A DNA stretch of 64,000 bases from Utricularia gibba (GCA_002189035.1 NEEC01000020.1:1426001-1490000), one strand, 5' to 3'. Shown: positions 13,643 through 27,080, numbered from the stretch's first letter. The notes: a model not told the origin generated them from the letters alone. Translations and numbers: made by a program.

Positions 13643-16633
13643 TAAGTGTCCTTCGAGTGACGAAGACTTCTCCATAAATGGGCATTTCATCCTCATTACT
13701 TAATTCGTTCGTTGTCTCTACGAGATCATCATTGTTTTCACTAATAACTTCTCCATTGCCTCTGATCACCATTGTTTTCTTATTTAGACATTTGGCAGCA
13801 ATATGTCCATATCTTCAGTATTTGAAATATTTTATGTTTCTTGTAGTGTCTTTTGTTGGTGTTGTTTGTTCCTTTTGCTTGGAACTTGAAGAGATGTTGA
13901 ATTTGAAGTCTTCCATGAATAACTTTCATTTATTTATATCCAACATTTCTTTTATGTCTCCAAATGTCTCGAGCAATTAGATTGTCATTTTCATCCTGTT
14001 CAATTAGATTTAATTTCCTTTAGAGAAGTTGCAATCAAAGATATGTTCTACTCGAGTTTTCCGTTGCAAATAAGTATCTGAATCATTCTTTCTTTGAATT
14101 TGGAGAATTTTCATCTTGATATTATTAAAATCCCTTCCATTTTGTCTCCCTGCTCTCCTACCTTCTTGGTCTTTCTTCTTCTATCATCATGTACATTGTC
14201 ATTTTCATCATGTTCAAGGTACTCATCATCTTCATTATCATTCAGGCCTCTATCTCTTCTTTGAGCTCTCCTTTCACTTCGTTGATCACTAGTTGTGTTG
14301 AGACATTTACACACCTTGACTCTTTGTGGCAGCATGATGAGTTCGTGTGTCTTGAGCTCTTCCAACATTTTGAAGAGAATTTTCGTATTCATCAAGTCTG
14401 ACATTGATATTTTCTATAATATGATGCAATTTTTCAAATTCTTGTTGTATGGCTCTCAAAGTAAACTCGTCATCCAATGAGACATCTTTCTTATGCTCAC
14501 TTTTTGAATTTGACATCCTAAAAAATAAGAGAAAAGAAACAAGTAGTAAGGAAAAAAGATAAATAGAAAATGCAAAGAAAACACATATGGGTTATTACAC
14601 TCAATCCTCAAGTTTTCAAGTCCTTGGTATACTCTTTAACATCATCATGCTAGATCTTATGACATTCTAATAATTAAATCACTTCCATAGTGGTAATGGT
14701 TACAATGTTATAATGGGATTAAATGAGGTTAAAAGTGACAATCAAGTCGAGATAGAGATAAGGAAGAATGATTGAATTGAAATAAGATGAATAAATTGGT
14801 TGCTTATTGAATTAGATGGATAAGAGGGAAGATAATGAACAAAAGAGAAGATAAATCAGATGAATGGGCACTGAACTCAAAATATATTGTTTGTTAGATT
14901 ATAGTAAATAGATAAATGTGCAATAAACAAAGAGTCTTCTAATAAGATGTTAATATCAAGTAAATGATAATGAATGAGTGATTGAAGTAAAATAAAACAA
15001 CAAGAAATAGGTTGCTTGTTGGAATGTATTAAATAGAAGAATGAATAATAAACAAATAGAGTTTAATAATAAATAATATAGTGACAATTAAAAGACAAGT
15101 GATATGTTTACCTTTACATTCTTTCTCTTTCACACAATTGAAATTGATCTTCAAGGTGTTCTTATTACTCTATTGAGATAAAATTTAAAGTTTTCCAAAA
15201 CAAACTTACTTTTCATCTTTTTTTTTTTGTTTTACAAAAATCCCCAAAAAATGGAGGTCATAGTTCTTTTTTTTCAACAAGCAGAAAGAGAATAAAATAT
15301 TGATAAAGAAAAATAATCTCAAAACTCTAATATCAAATGATATAACCCTCTAATTTAAAAAGATTAACAACTCACAAATATAAGAAGATTTACAGCTTAA
15401 AAAGAATCCACTCAAGTCTAATCTTAAGAAAAATTTCTTGCAGTCAAACTATAAAAGAAAAGGAAAAATTAGAAGACACACTTCAAAATGAGATGAAATT
15501 GAAATTGATAATCCTTGAACACTATTAACTCAAGAGCTTGATAACTCAAAAATATTCAAACAATCAAAGAATAGAAATTTTTTTACAAAATTTATGAAAT
15601 AAGCTAAAGGTTCTTCAAATAATATATCTCTAAAGTATTTATATTTTAAAATTGAGTTCTAATATTATTTAACATAAATCAAATAAAAGGAAATGTTAAC
15701 AAATCCAATAACACGTATCAAAGATGAAGAGATATTTTGGATTTTAAAGTAGATCAATCTTTAAATAGTTGAACTACTTTAATATTAAGTTTTTAAGTCC
15801 AATTTCTATTCCAATATTGTTGAGTAAAGATTTAAGTGTAATCTTAATTTTTTTGTTCTTGCTCTTTGTCAAGAGCAAAAAATGGAATTGATATTACTAT
15901 TCAAAATGTTCATTTGTGCAATATTCTCCTCATTTTTCAAATGCTCTTCATTATCTTGGTAGGATTCTTCAAATCTTAAGGCATTGCATTGATATATTTG
16001 AATTAACATTTGAGTTATATTGTTCATTACTTTTACATTAATGATTATATTTCAAGTTTTATTGGTTTCAATTGAAATTTAAAATTGATTGTTGAACATG
16101 AATATATGAACTTTTATATACCAAATGCTAAGTTCCTTGTATTCCACCTTGATTCTATTTCAATATGTCATTTGAATTGAATTTGATTAAAAATTTAGAT
16201 TTAAAAATTTATTTGATAAAAGAATTCAATTATTTTACATATTTAGAATTCTTTGTTTATCATTGGATTATGTATTTTTATATTATTTTATAAGTAAATA
16301 CATAATTCTCTTTTTTATATCTTTGAATCCCTCCAAAATATTTATTACACAATCTTAACCAAAATTAAAATATATTTATTTCCCACATAATATTAGTATT
16401 AAACCATATTGCTTTTTTTAGCTTAATATCTCTATTAAAATATTTATCGATATATCAGTTTTTTCAAATCAAATGATAACACATTTTGCAGAAGTACCTG
16501 CAACGAGGGCGACCCCTATAGTCTCGTGACAAAAAGTTTGGCAGAAGCATATGGGAAGGAAACAGCAATTAAGCGCTTCGAATGAGAGCGGTGTTTTTTC
16601 CTAGTTCAAAAGCTGCTGCAGCGATCTTCTAAA

Positions 16634-19600
16634 TCAAACATGCAGGTAATCACAGCGAGCCCCCTTCTTACACCTGCCGTTCGCATTGTATGGACAAATC
16701 GTGTCCCTCTTGTAACCGGAACCACCGCCGCCTCCTCCGAAAGACGACGGCCTGTTCCAAGGACGGCCACCCCTTTGACCAGAAAACTGACCACCATTGT
16801 TGTTCTGATCACCGGCCCACGAGCCTTGACCTGATGGAGGCCCCCAGCCTTGGTTTGGAGCATTTCCTGGAGGTGGTGGCCCCTGGTTTCGATCACCGGT
16901 CCACGGGCCCTGACCACCTGGAGGCCCCCAGCCTTGGTTTGGTGGATTTCCATGAGGCGGTGGTGGTCCTTGGTTCCGATCACTCGTCCACGAGCCCTGA
17001 CTGCCGGATGGAGGCCCCCAGCCTTGATTTGCATTGCCATGTGGTGGTGGCGGCGGTCCTTGGACGGGCGGAGGAGGTCCGCTGGGATTTCCAGGCGGAG
17101 GACCCCATGCGTTGCTGGGCACCTGTCCTTGATTAGGAGGATTATTCCAGCCTTGAGTCGGCGGAGCCCCCCAAGCAGGATTTGCATTCCCAGGGACAAA
17201 TCCCTGCATGTTGGCACCAGTATTTCCTGCAGGAGGAGCAACCCAACCGGTTTGCTGATTTCCACCTTGTGCCCAGTTCACGTTTGTATTTGCCGGGGCT
17301 GGATTCAGCCAACCCATGTTCGTATTAGTCTGTGATGGCCCCCAGCCAGCAGTGTCATTTTCAGCTCTCATCCCCATAGAAGCAGAGTTGTCCTGAGGTA
17401 CCATGTTCCAAGAAGCATTTTGTGTAGAACCAGGAGGCATAGATTGCTGGCTTCCCTGGATAGGTCTCCAAGCATCAGGTTGCATCCCAGATGGACCTAA
17501 ATTTTGGAAGCCCCCAGATGAATTCTGAACATTTGGTGTACCCCAATTATAACCTTGCGGTTGTGACTGTGGCAGTGGAGGTGGCGGCGGTGGCTGTGAG
17601 TGTGGCTGTACAGGGGCAGGGGCACCCGAACCCCAGCCCTGATTATCAGTGTTTGGATTCTGAGTAATGGTATTCTGAACCGGGTGGGTAACAGAGGCTG
17701 GTTGTGCAACTGTCTGAACTGCAACTGGCTCACTCACGGATGCTAGCGGGGTTGGCAGAGAAGATGCAGAGTTGCTAGTCATGAGAGGCTGGGAGCTAAG
17801 AGGAGTGATAGCAGCAGTCTGAGCTACAGACGGCACTGATGCTAGATTAGGCAAAACGGTAGCTGAAGGCTGCAATCCACTGGCAGCAGCTGGCTTAATC
17901 CCTCCTGCAAGAGGGCTCCCATGTTCTACACTCCGGCTTACATTACTTTGTCCCTGAGCAGGAAATACCAGAGCACCTGTACTACTACGGCTAAACGTGT
18001 CATTGGAGAAATTTTGGAGGGAGGACAAACCAACAGAATCAGTATCAGGCCTCTCTTCACCTCGGTTTACAGATGCATCAGAGCTTCTAACCGGATGATC
18101 AACCAAACTATGTGAACGAAGAAGAGACCTAGTAGACGAGGGGCTCTGGTCAGAAAAAGGCGAACCCCTTGGGAATTTACCAGCCAAAGCATCAGTGAGG
18201 AGCACCGCATTTTCTATTTTCTCTGTGGCTCTCCAAATTTTCAGATTAGCAGGGAAGTAACCAGTGTTGTTCCATTTACGAAGCTGAACCATAGAAAAGG
18301 GTCCTTGAACTTTTCCTGATGGATCAAGATAGTGCCATATCTTTTCTGATTCATTTATCTTGAGAGACTTTTCCACTGAGGCTGGAGATGTAGACGCTCC
18401 AGAGGTTATTGAAGCAGCAACTGAAACTAATCCTGACCTGGGGCGTGGAGTCAGCTCAGAGGACTCAGATACAGTAGCAGAGTGCACCCTTCCCAAATTG
18501 TCAGATTGACGAGTTTCCTTATCTCTTCCTAGACTTGAGGTAGTCTCATATGCAATCTCAGCATTTAGACTGGAGTTGGTAAAGATGTTGCGAGATACGT
18601 TTCTTCCAGATTCTAAATTTCGGATTGAAGCTTGATTGCCGACATTGTATGGCTCCTTTGAAGGGTGCTCCACTCTAGGAGAAATGAAACCCCTTTCCCT
18701 TCTGCTCACATCAGAGCCAACGGATCGACTAAAAGCATCTGAATGCAATAGAGTAAGATAATACACTGAGTGATGCTATAAAACTGGAAAACAGGCATAT
18801 GGGATTAATGTAACAAAAAAACCTTGTTGGATGTTTTCCGCTTCACTGTCATTGTCTTCAGATTCATAGTTAGGGTCCATCTTTGGGTCTGCATGAATTT
18901 CAGGGAATTCATCTAGTCTACGTTTACGTTCTTCAGGGGCCTTCAAGAGCTGCAATTTCTCAACACATTCTCTGTGCGTGAAAATCTGTTAAGGATCCCA
19001 TGTACAGAATTACAGTAAAGTGATCATAAGAAAACATCTATATACAACACAAGAACTTAACAGCATAATTTTCCAAAAAATCCAAGAACTGCTCAGTGAA
19101 ATACTTAGTACAGGACTCATACTCATCAGCTAGAACAAATATCTTGCAAGCCACAGCTTGATTTCATTGAAAACTTACAGCAGCTTGCCAAACAAAAGCT
19201 AAGAGGAAAAAAAAAGCACATATATTGACATAACACTATGAGTGAATTCAAAAATTTATTAATAAAATGCCTGGAATAGGAGTTTCCGTACATTAGCATC
19301 ACACAAGTCAGGTCATAACACTGCATATGTCAAGTAAAAATAAGAATGATAAGCCCATTAACTTGCATGCAAACTAAAAAAGGTTCATTGACTTTCATCA
19401 GAGAAGGATATTCTTTTCTACGCCCTAAATCACTTGCCCTGTCACACAAATGACTAATCCGCAAAATCTCTGATTCCAGCAACTGCATTCATTGAAAGAA
19501 GAAAACCAAGGTGAAGCAAAATAGAAAAAAACTAAAAAAATGTTCCAAGAGTCTAGAGACATCTACATTTTTAGGGGCAATCATTTCAAAGTATCAATGC

Positions 19601-22600
19601 TTAGGCCATTCACATCTTTCAGTAGAAAAAACAAAGAACAATCAAAATCCTTAAAATTGTCGAAAGTGATTTCTCAGAGGATAAAATTATGTGCAATTTA
19701 TGAGGTTAAGGCCTGATTCTTAGAGGGTTCGAAGTATGCCTGAAAAATAAACATTAAACTATTTGATGAATAAAACATAGAGTTCAAAAAATATAGTTTC
19801 CTAAAATACAGATGATATCATCCAGTCCATGCTTCAAGACCCGGACGTATCAGAAAATGTACACAAAAGAGTTAAGGCATACCTCATTGACTCTTACCAC
19901 TTGCAGTTCCATGGCCTTGCCAAGTATCACTCCCTAGAAAGCAATATTGTCATTATTTCAACGACTATATGCAACCAAGCATGCTACTTACCACAGTAGG
20001 TGGGTTAATAAGACCACATTTGATACTCTGACGAAGGCGCTTGCATTCCTCCTATGATTTGTTATATAAAAGGCATAAATAAGGACATGCGTGCCATTCA
20101 AAAACTATATGAAAACACTACAGAGAACAACTACCACTGCATTGAAGAAAAATTAAATAGTTCAGAACAGCTCAAATTCCATGCGAAGATCCCTTATGCA
20201 TGTTGGTATAACAAAAGCAATATAAAGGAATGCAAAGGTCCAAGCATCCTATGAGAAAACCACAGATATATAGCTTCATTGCAGTGCATTATCATATGAA
20301 GCCAATAAACTAAATGGTTAAGAACATCAAAGTCAAACATATACTAATTTCATGATTTTTGTAAATTGAATATAACATAGTTTGGAAATACATCTATATA
20401 CGATTAGAGGTGGAAGCAGCACATATAACTATACATCAAAAGATAACTGGAAATACCAAAAAGCATGTCACAATAGTTTAGCTGTTTCAATGTATAAGTA
20501 TTTGCCCTGAGAAAAATTTGAAACATTAACCAAACAAGAAATACAACAGCTTTTTCTTTTTCTCATTCACCCAACATTTATATGAAAATTGGAGGTCCAC
20601 GACGCATAGCTGCAGAGCACTGTGTTTGATTCTTTTTTCATACCTCTGTAAAATCCTGATTGGAGACTGTATCAATTGATATTGTTTCAATCTTATCAAG
20701 ATTCAGTATATCCACCATGAGGTCAATGGTTTTCTTCCCAATTTTGTACGGTTCAGGTGATTTGTTTGTTCCTGAAATGAGACGAGGGGAAAATCATGGA
20801 CAAGGAAAATGCCAAAAAAAAAAAAATTTGCAACAAAGATGGGTTAATTGTTCATTAGAGGATAAAAATATATGTCAAGTTCTTACCAACAACTTGGACT
20901 AATCTGTACAGGTCTTGCTTTTGGCTGCTACCTGAAATTCTTATGCGTACAAATGTTCCAGTGACTTTATCAGGAAACGTTGCAAGATCTTCAAGTAGAT
21001 CTTCCATCAACTTTCGGCGTAGATAAATCAAACCAATATTATGCATATCAATAGCCGCATAATCATCAAGATTTGACTGAGGTGCATCACCTTTTTTGCG
21101 TGACCTACGTTTCTTATCTTTCACACCCTTTTGCATTGCGTCTGTATTGCCATCAGTGTCCAACTGTAAATTTTCAGTGTCAACAACACTACTCTGGACA
21201 TCATCATTCTGTTCATCTTTTAACAGAAAATGAGACTCAATGAGTTTTAACATTTCAAAATGTCCAACTCGAGGTTTCCCAAACAGACTTTTAAGTCTTG
21301 CATCACATACAATTTGGCTTCCACGGCGAGGGTCACGGAGTTTATTTCTCTTGATATATTCTAGCAAAAGAGCTTGCACATCAAACTGGGAGAGTACAGA
21401 TATGTCACCATCTTTCATATGTGAAACAAATTCAAGAAGTTCCTTTGATGCCCAGTCAGCATTATCATACAAAGATGTAACTCTATTCCCAGATGTAACA
21501 GTTGTGATGTGCACACCCTCGTCCTTGGTTAGGGCTTTTGGATTCTTGCCTACTTTGCGGGTTTTGGGTTTGGCAGGCTCTATATTAACGGTAGAATCTG
21601 CAGAACCAGAATCTCCATGCTTAATATCTTCTGTGTTACCAGTAGAAACCTCTGCTCCTTTAAATTGATTCTTAGCCTCCTCAATCTCAGAAGAAGAAAG
21701 TGAGAGCTTAGCCTTCAACTCTGTGTAATAATCCTTGAAAAGATACTCCCAACTGCTTCTATCATCAAAATCTACTTCAGCCTGCACAAGCCAGAAACAA
21801 TATGTTGGAAAAGAGTAAGCAGATGGCTAAAAAAGGCTTAACGAATATTTGCATTGAGAGCTGAAAAAGTGAGCGGAGAGAAATACTGCACATCACATGA
21901 TAAGAACCATAACAAAACATTACTTCACTGTTTTTGTTGATGTTTCTTAGCAGGGGAAAATTCAGGAATATACATTATCTATATATATATATATATATCA
22001 TTTAAAACAGGTGGATAGATATGATCCAAAGAATAAAAAACAAGCTGAAGAGGGAATCACATAAGTGCATACATCATCGCTTCCCTGTTGATCACTCTCA
22101 ATAAGAGTCACAGTTCTCATGCACGTCTCACAGAAACCCTTATTCCCACGAACACAGAAGATGACTGCGTCAGCATCCTTGATGCAAATCTTGCACAAGG
22201 AGTATGCACATGTATAACACATATACCAAGCATTCTTCTCACAGATGCTGCACAAATGCCAACCTGTGAAAAAGATTAAAAATATAAGGATTAACCCAGA
22301 AAATTATAGATATTCAAAAATCATTTAAAAATAAAACCACAGATGCTGAGTTCTAGGGCACAAGAAAGAAAATGAGAACTTGAATAACAAGTTCAGATTT
22401 AACTGGCAGTCTGATAGTAATTGCGCTCTAAGTTGCATAACAGTAAGCTTCGACAAGCAGCTGCAATTCCAGAAGAATCAAAAGAATTTGGTTTTGTGAA
22501 GGCAAAGAAAATTCATACCACAATTCCACCGTCCCTTAGACCTGAAGAATGCTTCATCTCGGTTTACACAGGAAGGGTGATATGCCTTTGGACAACCCCT

Positions 22601-24253
22601 GTGAATGCATCAAGGAAAGATAAACTCATAAGAAACATTAATAATAAATTTTCATTCAATCAACTCCCAGTTTTATCCAAATGTTGTATGGAGAAACAAC
22701 CTGCGACCACAAACCACAAGCTCCCCACCCTCAAAGCAAATGAAACAGACATCCTCTCGAACTTTTTTCCTTGAGGAAGCTTTCCCAGTAGCCCTAGTTA
22801 TTGGTCCACTTTTAGAAAATTTCCCTCTTTTCCGTTTTGTCCCAGTTGTTTTCCCAGATTCAACAACATCTGTTTCAGTCTCCATCTCAGTGTCCTGTGT
22901 TTCCATCTCCTCATCCCCAGTCATTGTGTCATCTTCCTCCTCTAGCAAGCCAACTGGAGAATCATGCATGCTTTGTCCTGGTTCATCTGCATCACTTGAT
23001 GCCCCCTCAGTTTGCATCTTGGCATCCTCATCCAGCATACCTTTAGGAACAAAATGTGGTACCAAGTCAGTTTCTACACCAGCATCTTCTAATTGAAAAC
23101 CCTGTAACATACCACATCCCATTTTTTGTAGCTCCATACCTGAATCTGTTTCATTTTTAGTGTTTCCTGACAGAAACTCCTCTTCAGTCCTTGCTTCCTC
23201 TTTGGTTTCCGCATCATTCACATTTTTGTCCAACTCAGAACCCTTCAGTACAATTGTATCGTTTTCTTTATCATCCAAGGACGTCTTTCTAGATTCCAGA
23301 CGCTCATCTTTCATAAAAAATTCATCCCCAGCAGTGACAGATGGCGTTTCACCAGCCTCGTAATCTCCACTAAAATTATGAACTTGGACTGGATCATTGC
23401 CAGAAACTAGATGCGAAGCCTCTTCAGTTCCCGCTGCAGATGGCACATTGCTAATGCCAATATTTTCAGTAATGCTATGATCACGAACTCCTCCATACAG
23501 AGACGTTGCATTTTGCGGATATCCCATTTCTCGATTTAATGAATCATAGACATTCTCATCACATGCATTAGAAGCAACTACCGTAGCCTCTGCATCTTTA
23601 ATTAAAGCGGAGTTGTCTGGCAACACACTATCGACATCTTCATTGTTCCCAGCATCAACCGCATCCACCTCTAATCTACAATCCAATTTATCAGCTATCT
23701 GAAAAGCTTCACTGTCCAGCAATCCTTGTTCTTTGGCATTCTGATAGAATGAAGGGTCAAATGCCTCATTATCCAATTGCATTCCATTAGTTGACTCAGG
23801 AAGTTCATCACTGATAATGCTTTGCACCTTTGCATCACCAATTTCATCCTTTAATTCCTCAAGCTTATTTTCGTGTTCAGGTTTCAAGGATTGTGGATCA
23901 GTATTTTCTCCGTCTTCTAGAGCAGCGGAAGCAGCCGCTAGTGAATTCGAGGGAATTGTCTCCTCCTTCATCTCCAGGGCAGCAGGCCGCTCGACACCCT
24001 CCAACAGAACATGCTGTTCCGCCCCCTCCGATACCACGGGTATTTCATATTTCTCCATCGCAATCGTCTTCTCAGTCGCACCCATCACAGGGTTATCAAA
24101 ATCCTCCGAATCTCCTCCCAAGCAAGCCGACCTATCCTCCAACGAGCATTTTTTCCCTTCTCCATCATCAGTGTCTCGAATCACTTCGCCCACATCGCTT
24201 TTCGATTCGCTTTCGGCGCCACTATTTGCAGTTTCCAATTTTTGGTCTTCCAT
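16634..24253 (-). CDS. NERD: NERD-like zinc finger CCCH domain protein 19 (acidic N-terminus, PHD, SWIB, Plus3, GYF, GW/WG repeats, CCCH), about 1762 aa
   Basis: Ten phase-consistent exons: 24253-22701, 22598-22519, 22263-22073, 21781-20887, 20771-20644, 20051-19992, 19933-19883, 19482-19412, 18977-18823 and 18738-16634 (5289 nt in total). Motifs: DVCFICFEGG, WASKELLEFV (SWIB), WHYLDPSGKVQGPF (GYF), CPYNANGRCKKGARCDYLH (CCCH). Confidence 0.92.
16790..17060 (-). repeat. Three imperfect coding tandem repeats of about 85 nt (NQGPPPP..N.PNQGWGPP.GQG.W)
   Basis: Visible in the translation of ORF 16634-18766 and as the recurring nucleotide string ggaggcccccagccttggttt on the plus strand. Confidence 0.8.
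18978..19411 (-). other. U12-type AT-AC intron in the NERD-like gene
   Basis: Minus-strand 5' splice site ATATCCTT (19411-19404), branch site TCCTTAAC (18995-18988) 10 nt from the end, and terminal AC (18979-18978). Splicing gives the conserved RRKE/HRECVEKLQLLK in frame. Confidence 0.92.
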
Positions 24254-24389
24254 TTTCAGTCACCGTCTTCCTTGACCTCCTACTGACAAAATTCACATTT
24301 CTAAACAAATTTTCCGTAGCCGTAGCTCAACCGTGGAATACACTCTCGTTGCCCAGAAGAAGAGTGCGGTACCTACGAAAGCTTGAACT

Positions 24390-24650
24390 CAGGGTTTTGC
24401 AGGTCAGAGCTTCTGGGATTTCACTTTTTTTTTTTTCGGTTTTTTCACCACTTCATAAAACGATTTGCATAACCGCAGAAAGTCGATGGTTTGACAATGG
24501 GCCAAAAGTAAGGTATTTAATGGCATGCCCGGCCCGTTAAACAAGGCCCAACATTTCAATTTTACCATTTTCCCATGATAATAAATTAAAGAAGAAGAAC
24601 GCAATTTCACCAGGCTTCTTGGGCAACACCTTGCAGCAGTAGTTTTGCAT
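24390..24650. promoter_or_regulatory. Short divergent promoter region between the NERD-like and zinc-knuckle genes, with site II motifs
   Basis: TGGGCC at 24498-24503 and GGCCCA at 24545-24550 lie between head-to-head genes. Transcription starts are inferred only. Confidence 0.5.
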
Positions 24651-25434
24651 CTTTGTGAATCCTACGGTTATCGGTTTTCTCGGCGAAGCACTGCGGAGTG
24701 CCTCATCTGAAGTGCGGGTTTTCTCTAGCTCTCATAACCTTTTAGTCGATTTAAACCTTATCGGAACTGATTTAAGATCTAGGTCTGTGGATTTCTTTTC
24801 GTATTTTTCGTTTTTCTTTGGGTGTTTTGTCTCTGGTTGATGCTATTCTCCTTGCTTTAATTCTACTGTGGATGACGGCTTTGTGCGGGTGAGGAAAGGC
24901 CATTAAATATCCTAATTTTGAAGTCGACGGTTTACAAGCTGTGATATTTTATGGTATATGTGATTCTTAATCTGTGCCTGCCTTGGTTTACGAATCTATT
25001 TAACAATGAGGTTGTTCGCCTTCTTCTCTTGGTTAACCACATAACTCGTTACCTTAAAAGGCAGAGGAGCTAACTTGAAGGGGATGGGGATGGAGATCCT
25101 TTGGGAACTTTTGAGGTTTTCTCAGAATACTGTTGGTGGTGCTGTAAATCTGAAGCTTTAAGCTTTATTCTTGATGTGGTTTTCCCTTTATTATGAGAAT
25201 TGATTGGCAATAAATGTAATTTTATAATGATGCATGGTGGTTTGTGTTGAAAACATGGGACCTCAGTATGGGGATCCGGTGCTTCAATCGTGAATGTTCG
25301 AGCTAAAGAGTTTGTGGGGTACATTGATGTGGTATTGGATATGTGGTTGTGGTGCCCAGGGAGGAGTCAGCGGCATTGGGGTTCGGTGATATTTTCAAGT
25401 AGTTGGTGGTTTGTTGGTTGTTTTAGTGGTGGAA

Positions 25435-26503
25435 ATGAGCTTAGACAACAGGAGCAGGAGCAGGAGCCGGAGCAGAAGCAGAAGTCCTTTGGATCGTAAG
25501 ATCCGTACTCAGCGTTATAGCTATCGTGATGCACCCTATAGGAGGGACTCAAGACGGGGATTCAGGTTATTTTGGTCTCATTTGTATTTTGTTGCTTGTA
25601 GCGTAGGTGATCAAACAGGTGTCTGTCTGAGAAGAACTTGACCTGAAGCTGATTAGGGGGCTTTTAGGATATTAACTGGAGGATTTGATGGATTTTTTTT
25701 CATCGTTTTCTTTTTGCTTTGCATTGTATGAATAGATTTTCCCCTTTTATTAACAACTCTTGGAAATGTTAATGATGCTTTCATTCATCTTCTTTTAGCA
25801 GTCAGAGCAGCTTGTGTAAAAACTGCAAAAGGCCTGGCCATTTCGCAAGGGAGTGCCCAAATGTTGCCATCTGTCACAATTGTGGTCTTCCTGGGTGAGC
25901 ATGAAGTGATATGCATAATCAGTGGTTTCTTTAAACGCCAACATTCTGGTTTATATTTTCGTGTTGTCCAGGCACATTGCATCAGAATGCACCACCAAAT
26001 CCCTCTGCTGGAACTGTAGAGAACCAGGGCACATGGCTGGAAACTGCCCAAACGAAGGCATCTGCCACACGTGTGGAAAAGCAGGACATCGAGCCAGAGA
26101 CTGCACAGCTCCTCTCCTCCCTCCAGGTGATCTGAGGCTGTGCAATAACTGCTTCAAGCAAGGCCACATGGCAGCTGACTGTACAAATGACAAGGCCTGC
26201 AAGAACTGTAGGAAGACTGGCCATCTTGCACGTGACTGTCCAAATGATCCCATCTGCAACATGTGCAATGTATCTGGGCATGTAGCTAGAGATTGCCCAA
26301 AAGCCAATCTCATTGAAGAGAGGAGTGGTGGTTTTCGTGGAGGAGGATTTCGTGACATTGTTTGCCGGAACTGCCAGCAGGTGGGGCACATGAGCCGTGA
26401 CTGTATGATGATGACCATATGCCACAACTGTGGAGGAAGAGGTCACCTGGCCTTCGAATGCCCTTCTGGAAGACTAATGGATCGTTTCCCTCGAAGGTAC
26501 TAA
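25435..26503 (+). CDS. CCHC zinc-knuckle protein (CNBP/GIS2-like) with an N-terminal RS stretch, 251 aa
   Basis: Exons 25435-25565, 25802-25894 and 25972-26503 total 756 nt. The protein begins SRSRSRSRSRSP, has multiple CX2CX4HX4C knuckles and ends GRLMDRFPRRY. Confidence 0.92.
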
Positions 26504-26929
26504 GTGTTTTCTCGCCCGTAGTTTACATGCTTGCTGGGAGCAACATGGCATTGTGCGGCTGGTTTTCCTTGGAGTTGCGGTTTACTTTGTAATCTTCAGC
26601 TCTTTCTCGGCTACTTGAGTTCATTTGTCCTGGTATCAGGAGGGAATTTGAACAACACTTTTCATGTTGGAGCTTACTAGGGCTGTCCTGTGTACTCTAT
26701 TTTTGGATTTTCAAGGACCACTGCTTATTTTAATCGCATATCAATCAAGGCATCGAAAATTACGTTAAAATTTTCTGATTTTTTAAATAATTTTTTTTTA
26801 AAAAGTAATATAAAATAATTTTATAGTCAAATATTAACGATTTATATTATAAAATTTACGTATTTATTTTATTAAAAAATATATTTGAAAGTGATTTTTA
26901 AAAAATAAAATTAACTAAACCTACGTGAT

Positions 26930-27000
26930 TATTTGTAATGGGCCGAATCTGTACCGGGCCTACGAACGGCCTTTATCCGGCCCGTTTCATCTTAAAAAAT
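26930..27000 (+). promoter_or_regulatory. Site II-like cluster upstream of NDUFB9
   Basis: TGGGCC (26940-26945), GGGCCT and GGCCCG lie within about 150 bp of the ATG, next to a very AT-rich block. Confidence 0.45.
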
Positions 27001-27080
27001 AAAATAGAAACGCAATCGTCGGTCCTCTGGCGGATCCGGAGAAAGGAAGAGCGCGTGGGAGAGGCAGACAGGCGAAAGAA

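Larger units (their letters stand above)
4008..15971 (-). mobile_element. Old CRM-like Ty3/gypsy LTR retrotransposon with four nested insertions
   Basis: TSD AATCT at 4003-4007 and 15972-15976. The LTR at 15338-15971 (634 bp) aligns with 4008-7359 once two inserts are removed (about 630 bp). PPT about 7360-7372; degenerate PBS about 15323-15334. Minus-strand remnants of gag (13650-14516), protease (9860-10200), RT (7686-7910, FNDILIHSKS) and the integrase C-terminus (7420-7520, QVLERVNDN..KLDL). Confidence 0.85.

Noticed and set aside
22740-24540. Antisense ORFs over NERD exon 1, and overlapping ORFs at 16606-17335
   Set aside because: Shadow frames of a real coding exon, with no recognisable domains.
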